Positions 1 through 8,560 are shown, counted from the first letter of the stretch. The stretch: DNA of 64,000 bases from Limisphaerales bacterium (GCA_046593035.1 JBKJSC010000265.1:2816-66815), one strand, 5' to 3'. Notes: generated from the letters alone by a model not told the origin. A program made the numbers and translations.

Positions 1-773
1 ACCAGCATGCGCCGCATGGTCTCCAGCAGCTTGGCCTGCTGATCCTTGCTCAGATCAGCGCAACTGAGTCCCGGCAGATCCGTCTTGCGCTTTTGGATCA
101 CCGACGCAGGTTCTTCGTCCCGCGGCTCGCGACCAACCAATATTTTCTCCTGCTGCTTGCCGTCCAATGCGCTGACAAACTCGTTGAAGATCAAACCCTG
201 GTACCAGAAGGGATTCCCCTCGTGATCCTTCGACTCCTTGAAAGCCTTCGCGAAATTCCCGTAGAAGATCGGCGCACCGCCAAAGCCCAGCCCCTTATCC
301 GTCTGCGCGTTGCAGCGTCGGGTCACGTGATGGCCTGTGTAGATGAACTCGAAATTCTTGTCCTGCGGCGTGCCGAAGAAGCCGACCGACGGCGTGTTCT
401 TGATGTCGCCCATCAGATCCTTCTGTACCTGCCAAGTCATCTTCTCGCGATGTTCTGGATGATGCAGCGACCCGAAGATCTGCCGCACGAGATCCTGCTG
501 CTCTTTGGTATAAAAAGTATGAAGACGCTCTTCCGGATGAATGTACCACCAGTTGCTGACGAACTGGCGCTTCGGGTGATTGATCGGCAGACAGATCTTG
601 CCGTGTTGCTCCTCGCTCAGGCTCTTGTAAAACTGCATCGGCAGCGAATCCTTCTCCGACTTTGCTGCGCGCAGCGAAGGCAGCACCGAAAGCAATGCGG
701 TCGCGCCGAGTGTACGGATGACATCGCGACGGGTGGTAAGTGAATTGAACCTGGGGAGGATGAGGGAGTTCAT
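1..773 (-). CDS. Exported (twin-arginine signal) hypothetical protein, N-terminus complete, runs off the left edge; family not confidently recognised (possibly DUF3500-like)
   Basis: I translated the minus strand by hand from the ATG at 773-771: MNSLILPRFNSLTTRRDVIRTLGATALLSVLPSLRAAK... The frame stays open to base 1 (...ADLSKDQQAKLLETMRRML). There is an RR motif plus a hydrophobic region. It is absent from the ORF track because there is no stop in the window. Confidence 0.6.
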   Translation of the reverse strand, partial: MNSLILPRFNSLTTRRDVIRTLGATALLSVLPSLRAAKSEKDSLPMQFYKSLSEEQHGKICLPINHPKRQFVSNWWYIHPEERLHTFYTKEQQDLVRQIFGSLHHPEHREKMTWQVQKDLMGDIKNTPSVGFFGTPQDKNFEFIYTGHHVTRRCNAQTDKGLGFGGAPIFYGNFAKAFKESKDHEGNPFWYQGLIFNEFVSALDGKQQEKILVGREPRDEEPASVIQKRKTDLPGLSCADLSKDQQAKLLETMRRML

Positions 774-888
774 GCCCCGGATTGTCGGGCATCGGCCATA
801 AAATTACCAGCCTGATGATACAATGTCGCAACCAGTTTGGCTGCGCACGTCGTTTTCTCCGTCCCCAAACGGCTTCTCGACGTGAGCG

Positions 889-3438
889 TTACTGGCGAAA
901 CGCCGAATAATCGGTCTTCCCACCGCTTTCCAGAAACGCCAGCAAATCGAGCAGTTCCTCCGCCGAAAGAATATTCACCAGGCCTTCCGGCATCGGCGAA
1001 ATGGCGGAGACACGCCGCGCTTTGAGGTCCGTTTTGAAAATCTCCGTTCGCTCTGCCGTCAAGGGATTCGTGGCCACGACCAGCTTCCGCGCGTCTTCCG
1101 ACACGATGCGGCCCGCGATGGCAACGCCGTCTTTGGTGATGATATCCGTGTTTTGAAACTGGTCGGGAATCACCTTCGACGGAAGGAGGATCGCTTCCAA
1201 CATATCGCGTCGGCTGAAACGGCTCGCGGCAGTGGTGAGGTCTGGACCGAGAGCGCCGCCTTCGTGGCCGAAGCAATGGCACAAAACACATTGCGCCGCC
1301 GCGAACGCTTCCTGACCTTTTCGGAATGAACGCCCCTTTGAAACCCGCCCCAGCAGCGGCGTCATTTCCTCCATCGTCCATTCCTTCACGAACGCGCGTT
1401 GCGGCGCGACCGGCGGCGGTTCGGCGATTGGCTTCGTCAACACGGGCGCGAGCACGGCGCGCTCGGCCTCCGTCAAAGTGCGGCTCGCGTCGTCACGGGT
1501 GTGGGCCAGGAAGTCGAGGAAGTAATGGCTGCCGCTGTAATTCTTCGCCGCTTCTGGGAACCAATTGAAATAAGCGGATCGCGATTCCGGAGTCCAGCCG
1601 TGCTTGACCAATCGCAACGCAAAGACGTACTGCATCTGCTCCTCCTGCGTGGGCGCGGCGGCAAGCAGCTTCATGGTTTTCTCCACCACGTCTGGCGCTT
1701 GGAGATACACCAGCAACTGGCACAGCTCGCGATTGAGGCGCGCGCTCGACGCCGGGAATTGGCGGCTCAATTTTTCGATTCCCATCGTGCGCAACTCGGC
1801 GCCGGGTTTTCCCTGACGAATGAAACTGAGACTGATGACGCGGAGCTTGTCCAACTTCTGTTCTTCGTTCAGCGGATCGAGCGGAAACTTCGCGAGTGCC
1901 CGGAGCAGATCCTCCTGGCATTCCGGCCCACCGCAACGCGTGAGGGCGAGCAGTGCGGTGATCCCGGCGTAGAAGTTGGTCTCCGCCAGGGCGCGGGCCT
2001 GCCATTGCGACACTGGTTGCGCTTCGAGCGCGATGCGCGCGGCGTAACGAATCCAGCGGTCATCGCTGTGGAGATGGGGCCAGACGAAATCCACGGCGGC
2101 GGGATCACTCTTTCCGTGGAATGACTCCAGTTTGTGGCGCAGCGCGCGGCTTTTTGCGCCGGTCAGTTCCGCCAGCCCGACGACCACCGGGTCACGCACC
2201 TTTGGTAGTTCGTAAGTCACGCGATACAATCCGGACTGCGTGCCGCGGCCGCCGGTGATGAAATACATCGCGCCATCCGCCCCGAATTCCAAGTCCGTCA
2301 CATTCAATGGCCGGCCGGTCACGAACGGTTCCGTAGTCACTTTGTACGTCGCGCCGTTCGGGATGAAATGCGCGGCGTAGATCGTGCCAAACGCCCAGTC
2401 GCACAGGAACAAAGCGCGCTGGTATTTCGACGGAAGCTGACTGCCACTGCCGAATTTCATGCCGGTCGGTGAACTGCGGCCCACGTCGAGATTGCCGCGC
2501 ACGCTGTCGGGATAATACTCCGGCCATTTGCCGGTGCCCTTGTGCCAGCCGTATTCGCCGCCGGACACGAGGTGGTTGATGCGCGTGGGCCGGTACCAAG
2601 GCGAGCCGTCGTCCCAATCCATGTCGCTGTCGAAAGTGAACATTTCACCGTCGCGATTAAAGGCGAGGTCGTAGGCGTTGCGCAAACCGCCGCAAATTAG
2701 TGTCCATTCCTTGCCGTCAGGATCAGTACGCAACACGCAACCGCCCGGCGGCGGGCCGTTGGCCCAAGTGAAATTTTCCGGCCAGAGCTGCGGCGGCAGC
2801 AGTTGGTCTTCCTGGTAATTCTTGTGCGGTGACTGAGCGGAAATGCCCGTCGGCAGTTTCGTCTCGTTGCCGTGAATGAGATAAAGCAGTTTGTCCGGGC
2901 CGAGCACAATCCCGTGCGGGCCGTGTTCACCCGTGGCCTCGGTTCGGAAAGCACCTTCAAACTTTTTAAGCAGCTTCACCTCATCGAATTCTCCACTCCC
3001 CGCGTTGTCACGCAGGCGATACAGGCCGGTGCCGTCCGGTCCCTGGCCGCTGACATACAGGCTGTCGAAGGCGTAGAGCAGCCCCATCGCCGCGCCGACG
3101 GGAGCCTGGATTTTTTCCAGCCGCTCCACCTGTCCAGCGGCGGAAAGTGTGACCCGCAACAAGCCGCCCCGGCTGGGTTTGCCGTCGGCGGTTTGCGTGG
3201 CGATTTTCTCTGGAGAAATGATGAGACGACCTTTGGGATCGACAGTGAGGCAAATCCACGAGCCTTCATCGGGTTGTGCCGAGCGGAGCAACTCAACTTT
3301 GAAGCCTGGTGGCACGCTCAACGCGCTGACGGGAGTGGCTAGGTTCGCGACGGCTTGCGCCCGCAACTGAACTGGCACGAGGGTCAGCAATAAAACAAGC
3401 CAGCCCACTCGCTGCCAGTCGTGGACACACCGCCTCAT
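889..3438 (-). CDS. PVC-type heme-binding dehydrogenase-like protein (beta-propeller N-domain, HEAT-like helical middle, C-terminal cytochrome c CxxCH)
   Basis: 911-aa ORF. The likely start is the internal ATG at 3438 (MRRCVHDWQRVGWLVLLLTLVPVQLRAQA looks like a signal peptide). The C-terminus has CVLCH followed by GPDL, a c-type heme motif. There is a long helical repeat region. Confidence 0.8.
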   Translation of the reverse strand: MRRCVHDWQRVGWLVLLLTLVPVQLRAQAVANLATPVSALSVPPGFKVELLRSAQPDEGSWICLTVDPKGRLIISPEKIATQTADGKPSRGGLLRVTLSAAGQVERLEKIQAPVGAAMGLLYAFDSLYVSGQGPDGTGLYRLRDNAGSGEFDEVKLLKKFEGAFRTEATGEHGPHGIVLGPDKLLYLIHGNETKLPTGISAQSPHKNYQEDQLLPPQLWPENFTWANGPPPGGCVLRTDPDGKEWTLICGGLRNAYDLAFNRDGEMFTFDSDMDWDDGSPWYRPTRINHLVSGGEYGWHKGTGKWPEYYPDSVRGNLDVGRSSPTGMKFGSGSQLPSKYQRALFLCDWAFGTIYAAHFIPNGATYKVTTEPFVTGRPLNVTDLEFGADGAMYFITGGRGTQSGLYRVTYELPKVRDPVVVGLAELTGAKSRALRHKLESFHGKSDPAAVDFVWPHLHSDDRWIRYAARIALEAQPVSQWQARALAETNFYAGITALLALTRCGGPECQEDLLRALAKFPLDPLNEEQKLDKLRVISLSFIRQGKPGAELRTMGIEKLSRQFPASSARLNRELCQLLVYLQAPDVVEKTMKLLAAAPTQEEQMQYVFALRLVKHGWTPESRSAYFNWFPEAAKNYSGSHYFLDFLAHTRDDASRTLTEAERAVLAPVLTKPIAEPPPVAPQRAFVKEWTMEEMTPLLGRVSKGRSFRKGQEAFAAAQCVLCHCFGHEGGALGPDLTTAASRFSRRDMLEAILLPSKVIPDQFQNTDIITKDGVAIAGRIVSEDARKLVVATNPLTAERTEIFKTDLKARRVSAISPMPEGLVNILSAEELLDLLAFLESGGKTDYSAFRQ

Positions 3439-3636
3439 GGCAGGCAGGGTAGGAACAAGTCGGGTCGTTTTCAAGAGTGCGACGTCAAGATAGGAAGCCT
3501 GGCGGGAGAACGGCAAGGTCAAAACAGACGCGCGTGATAAAAGATTACGCTCCACAGCTGTCTCCGCTGTGATCGGCGGAAACAACCCATGGAGCGCAAA
3601 CTCACGAGGGAATAAATCCCTCAAAAACCTGGCGGA

Positions 3637-3888
3637 TTACTCTTTCTTTTTGCGGGGAAACGCCTTGGCTTGCTTTTCCTTGTCCGCAGCGCTCATCTTT
3701 TCGCGCTCTTCCTTGTCGAGCTTGCCATCCTTGTTGGTGTCATACTTCTCCACCATTTCCTTGCGGATGGCCTTCTGCTCGTCCGTCAGTTCCACTTTCT
3801 TTTTGCCTTCTTTCTTCTCATCGGCGGCGCCGACGGTCAGCGCGGTCGCGCACAAAATGCCCAGGGCGATCTGTAACAGTTTTTTCAT
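3637..3888 (-). CDS. Small secreted EF-hand calcium-binding protein
   Basis: 83 aa. Signal peptide MKKLLQIALGILCATALTVGA. Canonical 12-residue EF-hand loop DTNKDGKLDKEE (D-x-N-x-D-G-x-L-x-x-x-E) in a Lys/Glu-rich helical context. Confidence 0.7.
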   Translation of the reverse strand: MKKLLQIALGILCATALTVGAADEKKEGKKKVELTDEQKAIRKEMVEKYDTNKDGKLDKEEREKMSAADKEKQAKAFPRKKKE

Positions 3889-4069
3889 AGTATCTACGTT
3901 TGTTGTTGTTTATGGTTTACTGACAAACCAACCAGACGCCACTTGCCCGGCGAAGGTTACAGGATTCTATCCACCTCACAACCAGCTCAGTCGAAGCCAG
4001 TTGTTTATGGATCAACTCCGGTTTTCGTTTTGATTCAGTTCCCGTTCCGCCACGAGATTACAGCGCAAC

Positions 4070-4957
4070 TTGCCGCCGGCCCGGTCTTCGGCTTATGCTT
4101 CCGGCGTGTCAAACGACTCCTTTGCCGACGCCGCCCTCGTCTTGGTGGGCCATGGTTCCACGGTGAATGCCGATTCCGCCGCGCCCACGTATCAGCACGC
4201 GGATGAATTGCGCCGTCGCGGCATCTTCGCGCAGGTGCTGGAGGCGTTTTGGAAGCAGGAACCGGCGATCTGCGCCGTGTCGCGCGGAGTGTTTGCGCCG
4301 CGCGTGTTCATCGTGCCGCTGTTCATCAGCGAAGGCTATTTCACCGAGGAAGTCATTCCGCGCGAGCTTGATTTCTGCGCCGTCGGCCAGAAGGATTTTG
4401 CCCGCGTCCAGCAACGTGGCGGCCAGACACTCCACTACTGTGGCCCTGTTGGCACGCACGAGAGCATGACCGCGGTCTTGCTCGCCCGCGCGCGTGAGGT
4501 GGTGGAGAAATTCCCCTTCCCGCGCGCGCCCAAGCCGGCGGACACCGCGCTCTTTATCGCCGGACACGGCACCGGTAACAATGAGAATTCGCGCAAAGCC
4601 ATCGAACGCCAGGTCGAGTTGATCCGCGCTCAAAACATCTACGCGGAAGTTCACGCGTCCTTCATGGAGGAGGAGCCGCGCATCGGCAACTGCTATGCCA
4701 TCGCTCAGGCCAAGAACATCGTCATGGTGCCGTTCTTCATCAGCGACGGCCTGCACACTTTCGAGGACATTCCCGTGATGCTCGGCGAACCAGCGCGCGT
4801 GGTGCAGGAGCGATTCAAAGCCGGCCAGCCCACCTGGCGCAATCCCACCGAAAAGCACGGCAAACACTTGTGGTATTCCGCCAGCATCGGCAGCGAACCG
4901 CTTTTGGTTGACGTCATTCTCGAACGCGTCCGGCAAGCGGCGGCACTCAAGCCTTGA
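4070..4957 (+). CDS. CbiX/SirB-type (sirohydrochlorin) chelatase, two-domain form
   Basis: Two repeats of the CbiX module: LVLVGHGSTVN...PLFISEGYF and LFIAGHGTGNN...PFFISDGLH. The start is uncertain (TTG 4070 or GTG 4106). Confidence 0.7.
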   Translation: MPPARSSAYASGVSNDSFADAALVLVGHGSTVNADSAAPTYQHADELRRRGIFAQVLEAFWKQEPAICAVSRGVFAPRVFIVPLFISEGYFTEEVIPRELDFCAVGQKDFARVQQRGGQTLHYCGPVGTHESMTAVLLARAREVVEKFPFPRAPKPADTALFIAGHGTGNNENSRKAIERQVELIRAQNIYAEVHASFMEEEPRIGNCYAIAQAKNIVMVPFFISDGLHTFEDIPVMLGEPARVVQERFKAGQPTWRNPTEKHGKHLWYSASIGSEPLLVDVILERVRQAAALKP

Positions 4958-4972
4958 GGGAGGCATTGTAGA

Positions 4973-5135
4973 TTAGCCACGGATGAAACATCGCTAAAAC
5001 ACTGACGGGAGCAGCAAGTTCGTTTGGCAGGCAGAGATCGAAGATCACACTCACCGAACGGCGAGTTCCACACGCATAAGTCTCGTGTCCGGAGGGTCGG
5101 TCATCCGTGTTTCCTCCGTGTTCCATCGGTGGCTC
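4973..5135. repeat. Inverted-repeat (MITE/REP-like) intergenic element, CCACGGATGAAACA family
   Basis: The left arm TTAGCCACGGATGAAACATCG (4973-4993) is the reverse complement of the right arm CATCCGTGTTTCCTCCGTGTTCCATCGGTGGCTC (5102-5135). A further partial copy lies at 5171-5194. Confidence 0.7.
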
Positions 5136-5220
5136 AACAGCATCGTTCCGGGTCAAATCGGCTCCGGATTCCATTTGTGTCCATCCGTGGTGTCTGGGTT
5201 CTGTTTTCGCCCTTCCGACA

Positions 5221-5255
5221 AACTTTGAACTTTGAACTTTCAACTCGGAACTTCA
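5221..5255. repeat. Tandem heptamer repeat (AACTTTG x about 5)
   Basis: AACTTTG AACTTTG AACTTTC AACTCGG AACTTCA, ending 10 nt upstream of the tyrA start. Confidence 0.8.
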
Positions 5256-5265
5256 TTATCCCGCC

Positions 5266-6156
5266 GTGCATTGGCAGAAAATCACGCTCGTCGGCGTCGG
5301 TTTGCTGGGCGGCTCGCTGGGGCTGGCCATCAAACAACGCCGCCTCGCCACCCAAGTGGTGGGTTTTGTCCGCCGCGCCGCGAGCGTGACAGAGTGCAAA
5401 AAGCTCGGCGTGGTCGATCTCGTCACGCGGGATTTACACCGCGCGGTGGACAACGCCGATCTCGTAATCCTCTGCACGCCCTTGGCGCAAATGCGCGAGC
5501 TGACAGAGCGGATGCTGCCTTCACTCAAACGTGGCGCGCTCGTCACCGACGTCGGCAGCGTGAAGGCCAGCGTGGTGAAGGAACTGGAACCACTCGTGGC
5601 GGGCGCGGGCGCGCATTTCGTCGGCAGTCACCCGATGGCTGGCGCGGAAAGGACGGGACCAAGCGCCGCGCGCGCGGACTTGTTTGAAAAGGCCGTCTGT
5701 GTGTTGACGCCAATGGCGCGAACTCCCACTAGGGCTTGGCGCCCAATTGGAGAATTTTGGCGAGCGGTGGGGGCGCAAACGTTGTTGCTGACGCCGGAGG
5801 ATCACGACGAACTAGTCAGCCGCAGCAGTCATTTGCCGCACCTTCTGGCCGCCGGACTGGCGAACTACGTCCTTGATCCGGCACATGCCAAAGCGCAGGC
5901 GCGGCTGTGCGCGACCGGCTTTCGCGACACCACGCGCATCGCCAGCGGTTCGCCGGAGATGTGGCGCGACATCGCGCTGGCCAACCGCCGGAATCTCTCT
6001 CTCGCTATCGGAGTGTTCATCGAGAACTTGCAAGAGTTTCAACGCGCGCTCGACGCTGGTGACGCACGAACCGTCGAGGGCCTGTTTGAAAAGGCAAAGC
6101 AACGACGCGATGCCTGGTGCGCCGGGCAGGCAACGTCGTCGCCTTCCTCGGAATAA
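5266..6156 (+). CDS. tyrA: Prephenate/arogenate dehydrogenase
   Basis: N-terminal Rossmann motif ITLVGVGLLGGSLGLA, the GSHPMAG motif, and position directly upstream of aroA. Confidence 0.85.
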   Translation: MHWQKITLVGVGLLGGSLGLAIKQRRLATQVVGFVRRAASVTECKKLGVVDLVTRDLHRAVDNADLVILCTPLAQMRELTERMLPSLKRGALVTDVGSVKASVVKELEPLVAGAGAHFVGSHPMAGAERTGPSAARADLFEKAVCVLTPMARTPTRAWRPIGEFWRAVGAQTLLLTPEDHDELVSRSSHLPHLLAAGLANYVLDPAHAKAQARLCATGFRDTTRIASGSPEMWRDIALANRRNLSLAIGVFIENLQEFQRALDAGDARTVEGLFEKAKQRRDAWCAGQATSSPSSE

Positions 6157-6159
6157 CTT

Positions 6160-6332
6160 TTAGCCACCGGTGAAACACGGATTGAACACGGACATGGAAA
6201 CTCATAAAGAATGCAGGCGGGCAGGAGTAAAACTGCGGCCACCGTGCTCCCCTCCCTCCTGCCTTCCTGCCCTCCTTATAAATTCTCTTTTTTTCCTATC
6301 CGTGTTTCGTCCGTGTTTCATCCGTGGCTAAA
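6160..6332. repeat. Inverted-repeat (MITE/REP-like) intergenic element, same family as 4973-5135
   Basis: The left arm TTAGCCACCGGTGAAACACGGATTGAACACGGAC (6160-6193) pairs with the right arm ATCCGTGTTTCGTCCGTGTTTCATCCGTGGCTAAA (6298-6332). The core holds a second imperfect palindrome (GCAGGCGGGCAGGAG / CTCCTGCCTTCCTGC). Confidence 0.75.
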
Positions 6333-6347
6333 TAGAATCTTCTTTCA

Positions 6348-7778
6348 ATGCCGCTGCCCGACCTCATCGAGATTGTCCCGCTCACCGTGCCGGTGCGCGC
6401 GGAGATCACCGTGCCCGGCTCCAAGAGCATCACCAATCGCGCGCTCGTCCTGGCTGCGCTGGCCGACGGCGAAGTGACGCTGCAAGGCGCTCTGTGGAGC
6501 GAGGACACGCAGGTGATGGTCGAGTGTTTGCAGGAACTCGGCTACATGGTGAACGTCGCACGCGATCCGGATGAGGCGTGCAATCGTACCATCACGGTTT
6601 ATGGCTTGGGCGGACGTGTGCCGCGCGGGGGGACGGCGGAGCAGCCGCTGGAACTTTTTGTTGGCAACGCGGGCACGGTGGCGCGTTTTCTGGCGGCGAT
6701 GGTGTGTCTCGGCGAGGGGGTTTACCGGCTACACGGTGTGCCAAGAATGCACGAGCGCCCACAGGCAGCGTTGTTCCAGGCGCTGCGCGAACTCGGCTAC
6801 CGGGTGGACGCGGCGAATGACAAATTGCCGGCGATCCTCCACGGCGGTAGGAGTCGAGGTGACGAGACTCTGACTGAAGAATCCAGAATTCAGAATCCAG
6901 AATCCGGAACCGATCAGAGACTCCTCACGTCGTCTCCTACCAGAAAATGTGAAGTGAGCATTGAGGAAAGCTCGCAGTTCGCCTCGGCGCTGTTGCTGGG
7001 TGCGACGGTGGGCGGGTGGGCAATAAAAATCGTGGGAGAGAATGCGGAGGAGTCTCCGTATGTGGCAATGACCGGCGAGATGGTGAAGGTGTTTCCACAT
7101 CGTGGTGGGAAATTTCAAATCGAGCCGGATGCGTCGAGTGGGAGTTATTTTTGGGCCGTGGAAATATGCCAGATGATTAATGGTTGGAAGCCGAGATTTC
7201 CGATTCGCGACAAAATACCGACAGAGGAAATCGTTGCCTTCATTAGAGATTTTGGTGCAAGACTAAAAATCACTGTATCCGGGTGGCCAAATTCAGGTTG
7301 GCAGAGTGACGCGGCATTTCCAGCTTGGTTTGGCAATACCGCTGTCTCGCGCACAGTGCATTTGGCGGACAGCATCATGACTGCAATTGTGATTGCTCCA
7401 TTGGGATCGTGCCCCACCAAATTCACCGACCTCGGCCGGCTCCGCGTGCAAGAGTGCGAGCGCGTCGTCGCCTTGCGCACCGAGTTGACCAAGTGCGGCG
7501 CGAAAGTTGTGGAGGAAGGCGACACGCTCACGGTGTACCCGTCGCAAATTCATGGTGCGGAGATCGAAACCTACAATGATCATCGCATGGCGATGTGTTT
7601 TGCGATTCTGGGATTGAAAGTGCCGGGCATCAAAATCAAGAATCCGGCGTGCGTGAAGAAAACATTTCCGAATTTTTTCCAGAAGCTGGCCGCGCCACCG
7701 CCCGGCGGACTCGGCGCGACGATTCTCGACGGCCACACGGGCCGCAAGCTCGGCCTGGAGGAGTTGTTTGCGGAGTGA
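6348..7778 (+). CDS. aroA: 3-phosphoshikimate 1-carboxyvinyltransferase (EPSP synthase), carrying an in-frame repeat-element insertion
   Basis: Motifs PGSKSITNRAL, VGNAGTVARFL, ESSQFASALLL, DASSGSYF and DHRMAMCFAI. At 476 aa it is about 30 aa longer than usual because of the insert at 6847-6940. Confidence 0.9.
   Translation: MPLPDLIEIVPLTVPVRAEITVPGSKSITNRALVLAALADGEVTLQGALWSEDTQVMVECLQELGYMVNVARDPDEACNRTITVYGLGGRVPRGGTAEQPLELFVGNAGTVARFLAAMVCLGEGVYRLHGVPRMHERPQAALFQALRELGYRVDAANDKLPAILHGGRSRGDETLTEESRIQNPESGTDQRLLTSSPTRKCEVSIEESSQFASALLLGATVGGWAIKIVGENAEESPYVAMTGEMVKVFPHRGGKFQIEPDASSGSYFWAVEICQMINGWKPRFPIRDKIPTEEIVAFIRDFGARLKITVSGWPNSGWQSDAAFPAWFGNTAVSRTVHLADSIMTAIVIAPLGSCPTKFTDLGRLRVQECERVVALRTELTKCGAKVVEEGDTLTVYPSQIHGAEIETYNDHRMAMCFAILGLKVPGIKIKNPACVKKTFPNFFQKLAAPPPGGLGATILDGHTGRKLGLEELFAE
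6847..6940. repeat. Palindromic element inserted in frame within aroA
   Basis: 27-nt arms: GTAGGAGTCGAGGTGACGAGACTCTGA (6847-6873) and TCAGAGACTCCTCACGTCGTCTCCTAC (6914-6940), with 23/27 positions complementary. They flank five heptamers GAATCCA GAATTCA GAATCCA GAATCCG GAAC (6879-6910). The element encodes about 31 extra residues after the conserved LHGG loop. Confidence 0.75.
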
Positions 7779-7781
7779 TTT

Positions 7782-7870
7782 ACCGCCGAGACGCAGAGAC
7801 GCGGAGTCTGAATTCATTTGCTGCCAAAGTTCTTGTGCGCTCATTCTCTGTGCCTCCGCGTCTCAGCGGT
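7782..7870. repeat. Palindromic intergenic element (GAGACGCGGAG family)
   Basis: ACCGCCGAGACGCAGAGACGCGGAG (7782-7806) pairs with CCTCCGCGTCTCAGCGGT (7853-7870), between the aroA stop and the cmk start. Confidence 0.7.
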
Positions 7871-7891
7871 CAGACAGAATTGGATATTGAA

Positions 7892-8560
7892 ATGGAAAAT
7901 GTGAAATCTTCGATTGTCATCGCCATTGACGGCACCAGCGCCAGCGGCAAGAGCACGAATGCCCGGCTGATTGCCCAGGCGCTCGGCTACGTCTATGTGG
8001 ACACCGGCGCGATGTATCGCACACTCGCGTGGCACTGCCTGCAAAAGAAGGTGGACATCCATGACGCCAAAATCGTCGCCTCACTCTGCCGCAAGTGGAA
8101 GACGGAGTTGCGCTGCGTGGAGGGCGACTTCCGCTCCGTGCGCCTGCTCGTGGACGGCTATTATCCCGACAAGGAAATCCGTTCCGCTGAAACGAGCGCC
8201 GCCGTGCCGCATGTGGCCGCAGTGCCGTACGCGCGCAATTGGATGAAGAAGAAACAACGCGAATGCGTGAAGTTCGGCTCGCTGGTGATGGAGGGCCGCG
8301 ACATCGGATCGAATGTTTTTCCGGAGACGGATTTCAAATTTTACATGGACGCCTCGCTCCTTGAGCGCACTCAGCGCCGCGCCGCCGACGGGCTGCACGA
8401 AAACCTCGCCGCACGCGACCACCGCGACAGCCAGCGCGCCGCCGCGCCGTTGATGATTCCGCTGGGCGCGACGATCATCAACAATTCCGGTGAAACGCCG
8501 ACGCAAACGAGCGGGCGGATGATCGCGGAAATCAAGCGGAAGCTTGCGGAACGGAAATGA
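7892..8560 (+). CDS. cmk: Cytidylate kinase
   Basis: P-loop IAIDGTSASGKST and VDTGAMYR. Start taken at ATG 7892, because the upstream part of ORF 7595.. overlaps a repeat element and the aroA 3' end. Confidence 0.9.
   Translation: MENVKSSIVIAIDGTSASGKSTNARLIAQALGYVYVDTGAMYRTLAWHCLQKKVDIHDAKIVASLCRKWKTELRCVEGDFRSVRLLVDGYYPDKEIRSAETSAAVPHVAAVPYARNWMKKKQRECVKFGSLVMEGRDIGSNVFPETDFKFYMDASLLERTQRRAADGLHENLAARDHRDSQRAAAPLMIPLGATIINNSGETPTQTSGRMIAEIKRKLAERK

Noticed and set aside
93-831. ORFs 93-743 (+) and 295-831 (-) at the left edge
   Set aside because: A third frame (minus strand, ATG at 773, open to base 1) gives a clean Tat signal peptide and globular-looking sequence. The two listed ORFs look like compositional artefacts.
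5221-6910. Heptamer arrays and palindromes as a CRISPR array
   Set aside because: The units are 7 nt with no spacers. The palindromic elements are single, long and lack regularly spaced repeats. No cas genes are present in the window.
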